Below the pieces are notes generated by a model. It searched no databases. It was not told the DNA's origin and saw only the letters and a program-made list of their open reading frames with translations. Positions 28,131-38,179 of a stretch of DNA of 64,000 nt are shown in pieces (the stretch's first letter is position 1; every line of letters starts with the position of its first letter). The stretch lies in IMG/VR virus record IMGVR_UViG_3300032782_000005, positions 1 to 64,000 of that record. One strand, 5' to 3'. The stretch comes from a virus. Made by a program: the position numbers and the translations under genes.

Positions 28131-28792
28131 AGACTTTGCTGCTGACCGGCTACGACGACGCATTCGCGCCGCTGGGTAAACTGACCGAGCCGCTGATGCT
28201 CGCCTATGCCAAGCGCCAAGGCTTCACTTTCGCGTGCATGAGGGAGGGTCTGGGCAACACGGAACACCCGTCGTGGTGGAAGATGCGTCGCCTCCTGAGC
28301 GCCTTCGACCTTCCGCCGAAATCATCCTATTCGCCTTATCACGACGGTTCCGGCCTCTGTGACCACGTGATCTGGATGGACGCCGACATGGTGATAACCA
28401 ACCCCCATTTCGTCCCGCCGGGCGAATCGGGCTATCACTGCTCGCGCGACTGGGGGCAGGACGCGACCGAGCCGTGGATGCTGACCAACTGCTGCTTCGC
28501 CGCCTTCCCCGACAGCCTGCCCCTGATCCGGTGGGTGCTGGAACACAAGGACGATTATTCCTGCGAGTTTCACGAACAGAACCATGTGCGCGAGGCGGCC
28601 AGGGGTCCGTTCAAGGGCGTGATTCACGTCCACCCCAGCCGCGTTTTCTCCGCCGTACCCGTCGAGATTCACCCCAGCGTGCGCGAGCCGTGGCGGCCGG
28701 GGGACTGGGCGGCGCACCTGACGATGGTTCCACTGGCCGAGCGTGTGCGTCTAGCCCGTGAGTTCATCAAACGCACAAAAGGGGCATGGTGA
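28127..28792 (+). CDS. GT34/MNN10-like glycosyltransferase
   Basis: YAKRQG..F, PSWWK, IWMDAD.VITN, EQ, W.PGD..AH. Confidence 0.75.
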   Translation: MKTLLLTGYDDAFAPLGKLTEPLMLAYAKRQGFTFACMREGLGNTEHPSWWKMRRLLSAFDLPPKSSYSPYHDGSGLCDHVIWMDADMVITNPHFVPPGESGYHCSRDWGQDATEPWMLTNCCFAAFPDSLPLIRWVLEHKDDYSCEFHEQNHVREAARGPFKGVIHVHPSRVFSAVPVEIHPSVREPWRPGDWAAHLTMVPLAERVRLAREFIKRTKGAW

Positions 28793-30285
28793 AGCCAGTC
28801 TGCCTCGTCATCCCGCCGTCCTGCTTCCTCCTGGACGAGCGCGTGTTTATGTCGCTCGGCGTCCTGCGCGTCGCCGCCGTCTTGGAACGCGCCGGCGTTC
28901 CCGTCGAGATTCTGGACTTGTCCGGGATTATGAATTACGAGGAAGCCGTCCGATTCCACGCCCGCCACTTTAGCGGGTGGACTTACGGGATCACCGCCAC
29001 GACCCCGCAGATGCCGGCCGTCGCGCGGATCGTCTCCGTGCTGCGGGAGCAGATCGGCCTGCGTCTGATCCTGGGCGGCCCGCACGTCACGCTGGTCCAC
29101 GCGGCCTTCAAGAAAGGCGCCGCCCGCGCCGGCGAAGCGCTGTCGCGGTTGAAAGAGATGTTTGACGTGCTGGTGGCCGGCGATGGAGAGGGGGCTATCT
29201 TTGCCGCCGTCGCGGTCGAAGCGCCCCGCCTGATCGACGCCGACGACCCCAAGGGGCCGTACTTCCTGACCGACGCCCGCTACGAGAGCCTGCCCTGGGC
29301 CGCCCGGCATCTGGTGGACGTGAGGAGTTACCACTACTCCATCGACGGAGTTCCGGCCCTGTCGATGATCGCGCAGCTAGGCTGCCCGTTCGCCTGCGCC
29401 TTCTGCGGAGGGCGCGAGTCGCCCATGCTGCGCCGCATCCGCACGAGGTCCACCGAAAGCATCGTCGCCGAAATGGCGCATTTGCATGAGGCCTACGGCG
29501 TGCGTGGGCTCATGTTCTACGACGACGAGTTGAACGTGAACAGGCAGGTCGTTGAACTCATGGACGCCATCGCCGCGATGGGGATTGACTGGCACTTGCG
29601 CGGCTTCGTCAAGGCGGAACTGTTCACCGACCGTCAGGCCGAGGCCATGTACCGCGCCGGCTTCCGCTGGCTCCTGGTCGGCTTTGAGTCGGGTTCGCCA
29701 CGGGTTCTGGAAAACATCAACAAGAAGGCCACGCGCGAGGACAACACGCGCTGCCTGCGGACGGCGCGAAGGCACGGTCTGAAAGTCAAGGCGCTCATGT
29801 CGCTGGGTCACGCGGGGGAGAGTCTGCGTACGGTTCAGGACACGGAGGATTGGTTGCTGGAAGAAAGGCCGGACGACTTCGACGCCACGGTGATTACCAC
29901 CTACCCCGGAACCCCGTACTACGATCGCGCCGTCGAGACGACGCCCGGAATATGGACATACACCGCCAGGTCGGGGGACCGCCTGCACGCCTGCGAGACG
30001 GACTTCCAGGGAGAGGCGGTCTACTACAAGGGGATTCCGGGGCAATACAAATCCTTCGTCTTCACCGATCATTTGTCGGCCGACGAGATCGTGGCCCTGC
30101 GCGACTGCTTGGAGGCCGACGTGCGGCGTCAACTGGGCGTTCCGTTTAACGCGGGCGCCCCTGGCGTTCGCTATGAGGCGTCGATGGGGATGCTGCCGGG
30201 ACACATCCTGCGGCGGTCGATGACGGATCATGAGCAACAGCGGCTTCTCGATTGGGAGCCGATCCCTGACTTCTGCGGAGATTGA
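28786..30285 (+). CDS. B12-binding radical SAM enzyme (class B methylase-like)
   Basis: LG...VAA.L, ILGGPH.T, GDGE, GCPFACAFC, FYDD, GFESGS..VL..INK. Confidence 0.9.
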   Translation: MVKPVCLVIPPSCFLLDERVFMSLGVLRVAAVLERAGVPVEILDLSGIMNYEEAVRFHARHFSGWTYGITATTPQMPAVARIVSVLREQIGLRLILGGPHVTLVHAAFKKGAARAGEALSRLKEMFDVLVAGDGEGAIFAAVAVEAPRLIDADDPKGPYFLTDARYESLPWAARHLVDVRSYHYSIDGVPALSMIAQLGCPFACAFCGGRESPMLRRIRTRSTESIVAEMAHLHEAYGVRGLMFYDDELNVNRQVVELMDAIAAMGIDWHLRGFVKAELFTDRQAEAMYRAGFRWLLVGFESGSPRVLENINKKATREDNTRCLRTARRHGLKVKALMSLGHAGESLRTVQDTEDWLLEERPDDFDATVITTYPGTPYYDRAVETTPGIWTYTARSGDRLHACETDFQGEAVYYKGIPGQYKSFVFTDHLSADEIVALRDCLEADVRRQLGVPFNAGAPGVRYEASMGMLPGHILRRSMTDHEQQRLLDWEPIPDFCGD

Positions 30286-31349
30286 ACGTGCCTAGGATCG
30301 TCGTCGCCATTACACACAGTTACACGTGGTTCTGGACGCAGGCGTGCTTGGCCGCGCTGAAGCGGACGCTGGCCGAGGGCGCGGCGGACGGCTTCGGCGT
30401 GGAGATCGTGGTCGTCGATAATTCGTGGGAGAATAGTCCGTCCATTTACGGCGTCACGAAGACGCGACTGGGCGAGGGCGTGCGGGTCGTCGAGAACAAG
30501 GTCTTGCACAGCCACTCGGTCGCCATCGACATTGCGTTCAAGTCATCCTGGCCGATGGACTACTTCGTCCCCATCGACAGCGACTGCATCGTCATGCGCC
30601 CGAGTTGGCTCACGGAGTTCCTTTCTCGCCTGCGCCCAACGGACTACGGCATTGGCGCGCTTCACTCCGAACTCGGCGTCTGCTGTTCCTTCGCCTTGTA
30701 CAACGCTCAGGCCGTCAAGCGGATGGCCGATGCGAGCGCCGCGAACCCCGACCGCCATTTCCGGTGGGGCGACGGCTTCGCGCTATCCGAGCCGATCCCA
30801 GATGGTCACGAAGAAATCCTGAAAGGCCCGTTCTCCGACCGGCGCGGCTGGCCGCCCGGAACGGTTCTGAGGGAGAGGCCGGCGGGTTTGACGCGCGGTC
30901 CGGGCTGGTACGAGCCGGGTCAGATGTTCCACTTCTGGGCCTTGGAGGCAGGCTACACTTATTCGATCTGCCCGTCCCGGACGATCCGCGACGACGCGCG
31001 GGGCATACCGCTGGGCACGTTCTACGGCGTCGATCCGGCGCTGCCGATGGGCTACAACGAGTGCCGCGACGCCTGCTGGGCCGTCCACTTCTGGGGCGGG
31101 ACGCGCGCCCAGGATATGGTCAATTTGCAGGGCGGAAGTCTGACCGATCCGGCGATCATCAGCAACATCGGCTTCTGGCTGGAGAGGGAGGCCGGTTGGT
31201 GGATGAATCAGGTCCCCGCCGACGTTCGCGCCGAGACGCTGAACCTCATCAGGGAATACGGGTGGGTGCGCAAGGTGAGGCCGGACGCCCGCCCTGATTC
31301 ACTGACGCGAATGAAGGCGTGGTACAAGGCCGGAGGCGTCGATCTGTGA
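30282..31349 (+). CDS. GT-A fold glycosyltransferase-like protein
   Basis: EIVVVDNS, H...ID, IDSD (DxD), HFWGGTR. Confidence 0.65.
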   Translation: MNVPRIVVAITHSYTWFWTQACLAALKRTLAEGAADGFGVEIVVVDNSWENSPSIYGVTKTRLGEGVRVVENKVLHSHSVAIDIAFKSSWPMDYFVPIDSDCIVMRPSWLTEFLSRLRPTDYGIGALHSELGVCCSFALYNAQAVKRMADASAANPDRHFRWGDGFALSEPIPDGHEEILKGPFSDRRGWPPGTVLRERPAGLTRGPGWYEPGQMFHFWALEAGYTYSICPSRTIRDDARGIPLGTFYGVDPALPMGYNECRDACWAVHFWGGTRAQDMVNLQGGSLTDPAIISNIGFWLEREAGWWMNQVPADVRAETLNLIREYGWVRKVRPDARPDSLTRMKAWYKAGGVDL

Positions 31350-32449
31350 AGCCAATCCCTCTGTTCAAGGTCTTCATGCACCCGGACGCCTCGCCGGCCG
31401 TGGCGAAGGTGCTGGAGAGCGGCTACGTCGGCCAGGGTCCGCGCGTCGAGAAGTTTGAGAACGAATTGCGATGCCACTTCAATTATCCGTGGATCAACAC
31501 GCTCAACAGCGCCACGTCTGGGTTGCAGTTGGCCGTCCACATGCTCAAGGGAACGTACCCTGACACCGAAGTTCTGACGACGCCGCTGACCTGCACGGCG
31601 ACCAGTTTCGCCATTCTTGCCGAAGGGCTGAAGATTCGCTGGGCGGACGTGGACCCTAACACGGGCAACATGGATTTGAACGATGCGTGCCGCAAAATAA
31701 ACGCCAACACGCTCGCCATTATGGTAGTGCATTGGGGTGGATATCCTTGCGACCTTGATCGCATTGAGGCGATTCGCAAAGGGTGCAAGATGATGTTCGT
31801 CATCGAGGACTGCGCCCATGCGTGGGGCGCGACCTATCGAGGCAAGCCCATCGGGGCGCACGGCAACACGGCCGTCTTTTCGTTCCAGGCCATCAAGCAC
31901 CTGACGACCGGCGACGGCGGCTGCATGGTCTCGCCAAATGAGGCCCACTACCGTCGGGCCAAACTCCTCCGCTGGTACGGCCTCGACCGCGACAGCTCCG
32001 CCGACTTCCGCTGCGCCCAGAACGTGAAGGAATGGGGCTTCAAGTTCCACATGAACGACATCGCCGCGAGCATCGGGCTGGCAAACTTTCCATACGTCGA
32101 TGGGTTGGTGGGCGTCCACCGTTCCAATGGCCGCTTCTACAACAAGGCGCTGGCAAGCACGCCCGGCCTGACTCTGATGGAGAACAAGCCGGACCGTGAA
32201 TCCTCCTTCTGGGTCTACACCGTCCGCGTGGAGGACCGAGATGGCTTCGTCCGTAAGATGACGGAGAAGGGAATCGCCGTCAGCCAGGTCCACGCCCGCA
32301 ACGACAAGCACGACTGCGTGAAGGAGTTCCGCTGTCACCTGCCGGGGATGGATATTCTGGAGCGGGAGATGATCTGCATCCCTTGCGGCTGGTGGGTGAC
32401 GGCGGAGGACCGCGAGTACATCGTCGATTGCATCAGGGAGGGATGGTGA
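31346..32449 (+). CDS. DegT/DnrJ/EryC1 PLP-dependent sugar aminotransferase
   Basis: NSATSGL, VVHWGG.PCD, IEDCAHA.GA, FSFQAIKHLTTGDGG. Confidence 0.95.
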   Translation: MKPIPLFKVFMHPDASPAVAKVLESGYVGQGPRVEKFENELRCHFNYPWINTLNSATSGLQLAVHMLKGTYPDTEVLTTPLTCTATSFAILAEGLKIRWADVDPNTGNMDLNDACRKINANTLAIMVVHWGGYPCDLDRIEAIRKGCKMMFVIEDCAHAWGATYRGKPIGAHGNTAVFSFQAIKHLTTGDGGCMVSPNEAHYRRAKLLRWYGLDRDSSADFRCAQNVKEWGFKFHMNDIAASIGLANFPYVDGLVGVHRSNGRFYNKALASTPGLTLMENKPDRESSFWVYTVRVEDRDGFVRKMTEKGIAVSQVHARNDKHDCVKEFRCHLPGMDILEREMICIPCGWWVTAEDREYIVDCIREGW

Positions 32450-33030
32450 TGGAATACCTCTACCGACACCGGAACGGCATCCTGTTCCGCCGCGTCAATG
32501 CGGGCGACCTGTCGGACCTGACCGACCTCAAGAACGAGAGTTGGTTCGGCACGCACCGCATCTCCTTCGTCAGCGCGGACAGTCAGAGGCGATGGCTGGA
32601 GGCGCTGGACCGCGAGAACGTTCACGCCCCCGGCAATCTAGTCCTCGTGGCCTGTACGGACGAGCCGGCAGACGACATGCCCGCCCCGGCGCCGCGTCCG
32701 AACCACGCCGGCCTGAGCAACGTCGGGGTGTTCAAGATACTAGGCATCGACTGGCAATCCCGCCGCGCCTCTGTCGGCTGGGACATTTACCGCCCCTATC
32801 GAGGCGAGGGCCTGGGCAAGAATCTGGTCGAGGCGGGAATCGCTTTCTGCTTCAACGTCCTGAACCTTCACCGTCTTCAGGCCGACGTGCTGGACACCAA
32901 CCACGCCTCGCAGAAGTGCGCACTGGCCGCCGGCTTCATCAAGGAAGGCTTCCAGCCCAGGTGCATCCTGCGGGGCGGGAAGTGGATCGACAACGTGATC
33001 TATGGGATCGTGGCCCCGGAACCGGAGTGA
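32449..33030 (+). CDS. GNAT N-acetyltransferase (RimJ/PseH-like)
   Basis: YRGEGLGK, FNVLNLHRL...V..TN.AS, GF.KEG. Confidence 0.85.
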   Translation: MEYLYRHRNGILFRRVNAGDLSDLTDLKNESWFGTHRISFVSADSQRRWLEALDRENVHAPGNLVLVACTDEPADDMPAPAPRPNHAGLSNVGVFKILGIDWQSRRASVGWDIYRPYRGEGLGKNLVEAGIAFCFNVLNLHRLQADVLDTNHASQKCALAAGFIKEGFQPRCILRGGKWIDNVIYGIVAPEPE

Positions 33031-33033
33031 GGC

Positions 33034-33318
33034 ATGACGGACGCTGAGCGCACGGCTGAATGGAAGCGGCAGGAATTGGCGAAGTTGGATTCCGTGGGCT
33101 GGCCCCCAAACGTGAAGGATGCTCTTGCCGATGCCTGCGTGGCACTTCGTAAGTATCGCAGTGATCTCGACCAGCCCTGTCATACAAGTGCCTATGCCAG
33201 CGGTCATGCACTGGATGATGCAATGAGGCGCTTGCTTTCGTTGCGTTCGCCGAGCGATTACGGGTTGATGCAAGCGTTCCTTGAAATGATTCCCGAAGAC
33301 GAAAGGGACGAACTGTGA
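33034..33318 (+). CDS. Hypothetical protein
   Basis: RBS and stop/start coupling. Confidence 0.5.
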   Translation: MTDAERTAEWKRQELAKLDSVGWPPNVKDALADACVALRKYRSDLDQPCHTSAYASGHALDDAMRRLLSLRSPSDYGLMQAFLEMIPEDERDEL

Positions 33319-34478
33319 AGACCGCGCTGCCGCTGAAGGACACGTTCACGTCCACGGGGCACAAATTTTTTGCCCATCAGGAAACGATGCGCAACTTGCG
33401 GAACGGCAAGGGTCAGCCGGTCGTCACGCACTTGATGCCCACATCGGTCTGCGCTCACTCTTGCGCCTTCTGCTCCGTCCATCATCGCCCGCACGAGGTT
33501 CTGCCGCTGGCCGACATGACGACCTATCTCGACATCCTGCTCCGCTACGGCCTGAAGGCGGTCATCATCAGTGGCGGCGGCAACCCGATCTTATACAGGT
33601 GCCCCGACACGGGAGCCGACTTCAACCGGCTTGTCGATGAGGTCTATCGGCGGGGACTGGAGATCGGCGTCATCAGCGACGGAATGCCATTGCGAGTTGA
33701 CGAGCCGACGATGCGGCAGATGTGGAAGGCTGTGCATCCGGAGACAATCGACAAGTTGACTTGGCTGCGGATCAGCATGGCCGGCTTGGATCACCAGGAG
33801 AACTGCGTCCACGTCCCAGACGTGGACCCGTCACGGACGACGCTGGGCTTTTCCTACGTCCTGCATGACATCTATGACGAACCGGCGGATAAGGCTCACG
33901 GCAAAGTATCCACGCCAGCCGACCTCATCACCGTCGGTTACGAACGACTGCATAACGACAACATTAAGCCAGTTCGGTTCGCCGAGGACCGCGTTCCGGT
34001 GCTGACCAGCCAGATCGACGAGATCGTGCGGAAGTACAAACCGACCTATGTTCGATTGCTCCCGAACTGCTTGCAACCGGAGCTGATCCAGCAGCGGTGC
34101 GATCTGCTCCAACGGATGGCCGACGCCATCGACCCGGACGTGGTGTTCGTGCAGTACAAGCCGCCGGCCGCGCCGAATGTATGCCTGCTCGGCAGCATTC
34201 ATCCAGTCCTCAATACAGATGGTTTTTGTTATCCTTGCGACAGCTGTGTATTAAACGACTCAGCAGGTCACAAATTCGCCAACCCATGGAGGATGTGTCA
34301 CTGGAGCGAGATCGCCAGCATCTACGAAAGACCGCTCCGCAGCCTGATAGATAACCCACATGAGAGATGTCCAGGGTGCGTATTTACCCAAAGCAACCTC
34401 TTGCTGGAAAAGGTGTGGAAGGGCGAGGTCGAGCCGACGCCTCCGGTCGAGACGCCGGAGCACGTCAACTTCGTCTAA
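33315..34478 (+). CDS. Radical SAM enzyme with SPASM/twitch-like C-terminus
   Basis: CAHSCAFC, ISGGGNP, C...DG..YPC...CPGC. Confidence 0.85.
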   Translation: MKTALPLKDTFTSTGHKFFAHQETMRNLRNGKGQPVVTHLMPTSVCAHSCAFCSVHHRPHEVLPLADMTTYLDILLRYGLKAVIISGGGNPILYRCPDTGADFNRLVDEVYRRGLEIGVISDGMPLRVDEPTMRQMWKAVHPETIDKLTWLRISMAGLDHQENCVHVPDVDPSRTTLGFSYVLHDIYDEPADKAHGKVSTPADLITVGYERLHNDNIKPVRFAEDRVPVLTSQIDEIVRKYKPTYVRLLPNCLQPELIQQRCDLLQRMADAIDPDVVFVQYKPPAAPNVCLLGSIHPVLNTDGFCYPCDSCVLNDSAGHKFANPWRMCHWSEIASIYERPLRSLIDNPHERCPGCVFTQSNLLLEKVWKGEVEPTPPVETPEHVNFV

Positions 34479-34506
34479 AGAAGTATAATAGCTATCGTTA
34501 AATTTC

Positions 34507-34528
34507 CTACTGGTAAAATTACCAGTAG
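34507..34528. repeat. 22-bp palindrome copy 4 (exact, opposite core orientation)
   Basis: CTACTGGTAAAATTACCAGTAG. Confidence 0.95.
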
Positions 34529-34554
34529 CCGAGGCCAGTCATGGAAGCCGCCTA

Positions 34555-34623
34555 TAGAATAATGAAGCCGGAGCGCGCGACCGCCCCGGCTTCCAGACAC
34601 AGCGAACCATGTGGGGGTCCGCC
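34555..34623 (+). promoter_or_regulatory. -10 box plus two-hairpin leader of endonuclease gene 2
   Basis: TAGAAT; GAAGCCGG/CCGGCTTC stem; CAGACACA; GCGAACC/GGTCCGC stem; 1 nt; ATG. Confidence 0.65.
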
Positions 34624-35301
34624 ATGCCGAAGAAAAGCCTATCCGTTCGCACCGATCTTGTCCACCGGCCTCCCCCTCCAGATGAAAACATCTCTGGCAA
34701 GGAATTCGGTCAGTGGAAAGTTCTTGAGTATGCCGGATCGAAACAGGGTCGGTGGTATCGCTGCCGCTGCTCATGCGGTTACATTGCCGTCGTTCATGGT
34801 GGAGAGTTAAAAGGAGGCCGTTCTTTGAGTTGCGGGCATGATGGATCGACTTACAGGCATGGCCATGGAAGTCGCGCGCATGAGAAAAGGCCAGCAGAAT
34901 ACAATGTGTGGGTTCTGATGCGTGACCGCTGCAATAACACAAACTCAAGGCACTACAAGAACTATGGTGGCCGTGGAATCAAAGTGTGTGAGCGATGGGA
35001 CGACTTCGCTGCCTTCCTCGCCGACATGGGGCCGCGCCCATCGCCGCAACACACCATCGACAGAATCAACAACGACGGCAACTACGAGCCAAGTAACTGC
35101 CGATGGGCGACGAGGGCTGAGCAGGCGAGGAACAAGAGAACGAACATCCAAATCTCGCACAATGGCACGGTCTTGTGTCTTGCGGAGTGGTGCAAGAAAT
35201 TGAATCTTCCTTATCTGCGGTCTTATCGTCGCCTCCGTAATGGCGAGAGCGTGACTGCAGTATTTGCTGAGAAAGGAGGTCAACCAAGCCATGACGACTG
35301 A
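34624..35301 (+). CDS. HNH homing endonuclease
   Basis: CRCSCG, SCG, W..M..RC.N....Y..YGGRGIKVCERW..F..F..DMG.RP....IDRINNDGNYEP.NCRWAT..EQ..N. Confidence 0.9.
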   Translation: MPKKSLSVRTDLVHRPPPPDENISGKEFGQWKVLEYAGSKQGRWYRCRCSCGYIAVVHGGELKGGRSLSCGHDGSTYRHGHGSRAHEKRPAEYNVWVLMRDRCNNTNSRHYKNYGGRGIKVCERWDDFAAFLADMGPRPSPQHTIDRINNDGNYEPSNCRWATRAEQARNKRTNIQISHNGTVLCLAEWCKKLNLPYLRSYRRLRNGESVTAVFAEKGGQPSHDD

Positions 35302-36641
35302 AAAACCAGTCCGCATCCTGCTCTCGCTGAGAGGAGGGTATGGCTTGGGTTGAGGGCGATGTCGTGACATTTGGCGTTATCCTGAAACACCTGCGAAAAC
35401 ACCGCCCCAACTGGCTTATCGACGTGGCCGCCCCGCGCGGTTCTCACTCCGCCCTCTTCGGCCTTTGCAACCGCGTCCTCTATCACGGCGAGCCGGAAGG
35501 CAAGTACGACAAGGCGGTGGACCTTGACCTGGAGGACTCCTACGTCCACTTCAAGGACCGTCCCAGCAGCAAGACCGTCTTCAACCTGCGTCTTCAGTTC
35601 GGTCTGGAATACGACCCGGAGTGCGGGGGCTACGAGATCGCTGTTGGGCCAGAGGCGACGGATCGCGCCGAGCGATGGCTGCGGAGCGTCATCAGTCCGA
35701 CGCCCGGCGTGTTCTCGCCGTATCCGGCGGTCGTCCTCCACTACCGCGGTGGCTCCAGCAAGGCTCGCAAGGACCTCGAACACTGGCAGGGCGAGGTTCT
35801 GGTCAACGCCATCCGCCAATCCGGACGCACGCCGATCCTTCTGGACTGGTCCGACTCTCCCATGGACGCCGTGCGCGTCCCCGACAAGGTGTGGGGAGGT
35901 TTCGGAAACGGCGACGCCGAGACGATGGCCGCCCTGATTAGGCTCTCGGAAGCCTTCATTGGCATCGACTCCGGGCCTGGCAAGGTTGCCTCGGCGACGG
36001 ACACGCCAAGCCTGATCGTCTGGACCAAGCATCATCCGGCGCGTTACCACGACCCTGCTCCGAACACCGAACATCTGATCCCGCACGACTGGCGGGGAAT
36101 GCAGCCGATCGAGTGGGACGCCGAACGGGAGAAATTCTTCACGGAGAACTACCGCTTCCGGACATACGCCGGCGAGCACGGTCTTGTGGGCGAGATCATC
36201 CAGTGGCTTCAGAAGACTCTGCGCTGGGAAGGCTGGCTCGACCCCGGCGTGAAGTTCGTGATCCCGGCTCGAATCGAATCGGCGGCGTGGGTGATGGCGA
36301 AGATCAGGAACATCGCCGGGAAGCGCGTCGCCGACTGCATCGTGTCGGCTCAGCCCGGCGACAGCGAGGGCCTGAAGGTTGTGGAGTTTGTGCGAAGCTT
36401 CGGCTTCTTCCGCGACGTGCGAGTTCTTCCCATTGCGGTGCATCAGGGTCCGGAGAAGCCACGGGACACGCGCGGACGCTATCTCTACGTCTCCGACGGT
36501 TTGAGGGACGGCTACCATTACCTCGTGCCGGATACCGTGTCCCAGTTAGGGAAGCCGTTGGCCGACTGGTTGCCGGACGTTCCGGCTGACTTCGAGATGG
36601 TCAAGAGGGCGGAGGAATGGCTGCAATTGACGAATGCTTGA
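35291..36641 (+). CDS. GT9 glycosyltransferase, interrupted after codon 20 by GGT-TGA (7 extra nt)
   Basis: AAGGAGGT RBS at 35291; ILL....GLG*/GDVV...LKHL; FIGIDSGP...A.AT.TP. Confidence 0.75.
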
Positions 36642-36816
36642 GGCCCATCATGTTCGGGGCCAAATGCTCGCGCTGCCCTTATTGGGTGAATATTTCAGCA
36701 AACGCGACTCATGAAGTGCGAGATTATTTGGTCGATAGCGGCTGGGAAATTCTGACGCAGCCAGTGCAATTGCTCTGTCCATGGTGCGTTGACAAAAAGA
36801 GGGCCAAGGAAAAGCC

Positions 36817-38175
36817 ATGACTCCCATCGACCGACTGATCCAGTCCACGCAGGCGACCGAGAAGCGCATCGTCGTCCTCGGCGACTCGATGCGCGACGTT
36901 CATGTCCATGGCGACCTTCTCCCTTCCCAGGACGGCGTGCAGAAATTCGTGGAACGCCGCCGTCTTGAGACTCCCGGCGGCGCAGCGGGGGCGGCGCGGC
37001 AACTTTGCCGGTGGAGCGCGGAGACAATTCTGCTATCGGTCGGTCACTGTGGCGATCCTCCATACCACGAATCATGGAACGCTGTTGACTGGTCGCATTG
37101 CATGATGAGTCGTCGTATGCCCGAAAAGCACCGCTTCCTCGACGACTCCGGGCGCATCCTCTGGAGACACGACAAGGACCACGGCTACGGCGCTGACGCG
37201 AACCTGATGGAGTCGTGGCGGAAGACGATCCTGGAGCGGCTGTACGAGTTGGCCCCGGACGCCGTGCTGATTTCCGATTACGACAAGGGCTTCCTGACGG
37301 AGGCGATGATCCGCGAAGTCATCGGGTGGTGCAATGAGAAGGGCGTCCCGATTGTAGCGGACGCGAAGCGCGAGCCGAAAGTATACGACGGCGCGATCTT
37401 GAAATTCAACCACGACTATTGGCTCAACCACACGACAACAGGTAAGAGCGAAGTGATAACCTTGGGGGCCGAGCCTCCTGGGGTCAATGGCCGGGTGCTT
37501 CCTAAGATGGCCATTGGCGGCATTGTTTGCAAAAATCACGTCGGAGCTGGCGATTGCTTTTCCGCCACGCTCGCACTCGCCCTGGCTCACGGCTTCTCAT
37601 TGGAGGACGCCGCCGCCATCGCCCATTCCGCCGGACGCATTTACGTCCAGCATCTTCACGGTCGTCCGCCATGGCCTTTTGAGATTCGGCGCGACCTAAA
37701 TCCGGTCGGGGGAAAGGTCTTATCAGCGTTCGACCTCGCCGCCTTGTGTAGGGCGGCCCCCGGCCGGATTTGCTGGGCCAACGGGTGCTTTGACCTCCTC
37801 GGCCCACACCACGTCCAGTTCCTCCAGAATGCCCGCAGACAGGGCGATCTCCTGGTGGTCGGGCTGAACGACGACCAGAGCGTGAGGCGGCTTAAAGGGC
37901 CAAAACGCCCCATCATGGCCCTTCCCGAACGGACTGCCATGCTGGCAGCGCTCGATTGCGTGGATTGGGTCGTGCCGTTCTCCGCCGACGCCCCCGTGGA
38001 AGAACTGTCGGCGCTGCGTCCCCATGTGCGCGTCTGCGCCGACATTCCGGATCGCAACGGCGCCGGGGACGAATACGCAGGCGAGGTCAAACTGCTCCCG
38101 ATGGTTCCGCAGGCTTCAACCACGGCGATGGTGGAGAGGATAATCCGGTTGCAGCGAACCCCGTCTCCGGCGTAG
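36817..38175 (+). CDS. hldE: Bifunctional heptose-7-P kinase / heptose-1-P adenylyltransferase (HldE/RfaE-like)
   Basis: IVVLGD.M.D, PGGAA, VLISDYDKG, GAGD; NGCFDLL..HH, VVGLN.D.SVRRLKG..RPI. Confidence 0.85.
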   Translation: MTPIDRLIQSTQATEKRIVVLGDSMRDVHVHGDLLPSQDGVQKFVERRRLETPGGAAGAARQLCRWSAETILLSVGHCGDPPYHESWNAVDWSHCMMSRRMPEKHRFLDDSGRILWRHDKDHGYGADANLMESWRKTILERLYELAPDAVLISDYDKGFLTEAMIREVIGWCNEKGVPIVADAKREPKVYDGAILKFNHDYWLNHTTTGKSEVITLGAEPPGVNGRVLPKMAIGGIVCKNHVGAGDCFSATLALALAHGFSLEDAAAIAHSAGRIYVQHLHGRPPWPFEIRRDLNPVGGKVLSAFDLAALCRAAPGRICWANGCFDLLGPHHVQFLQNARRQGDLLVVGLNDDQSVRRLKGPKRPIMALPERTAMLAALDCVDWVVPFSADAPVEELSALRPHVRVCADIPDRNGAGDEYAGEVKLLPMVPQASTTAMVERIIRLQRTPSPA

Positions 38176-38179
38176 ACTG

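Noticed and set aside
21837-38175. Host LPS locus (bacterial chromosome) instead of phage genes
   Set aside because: Interleaved with phage-type small genes and an HNH gene, carries two copies of the phage-wide palindrome, and lacks flippase, polymerase and ligase genes.
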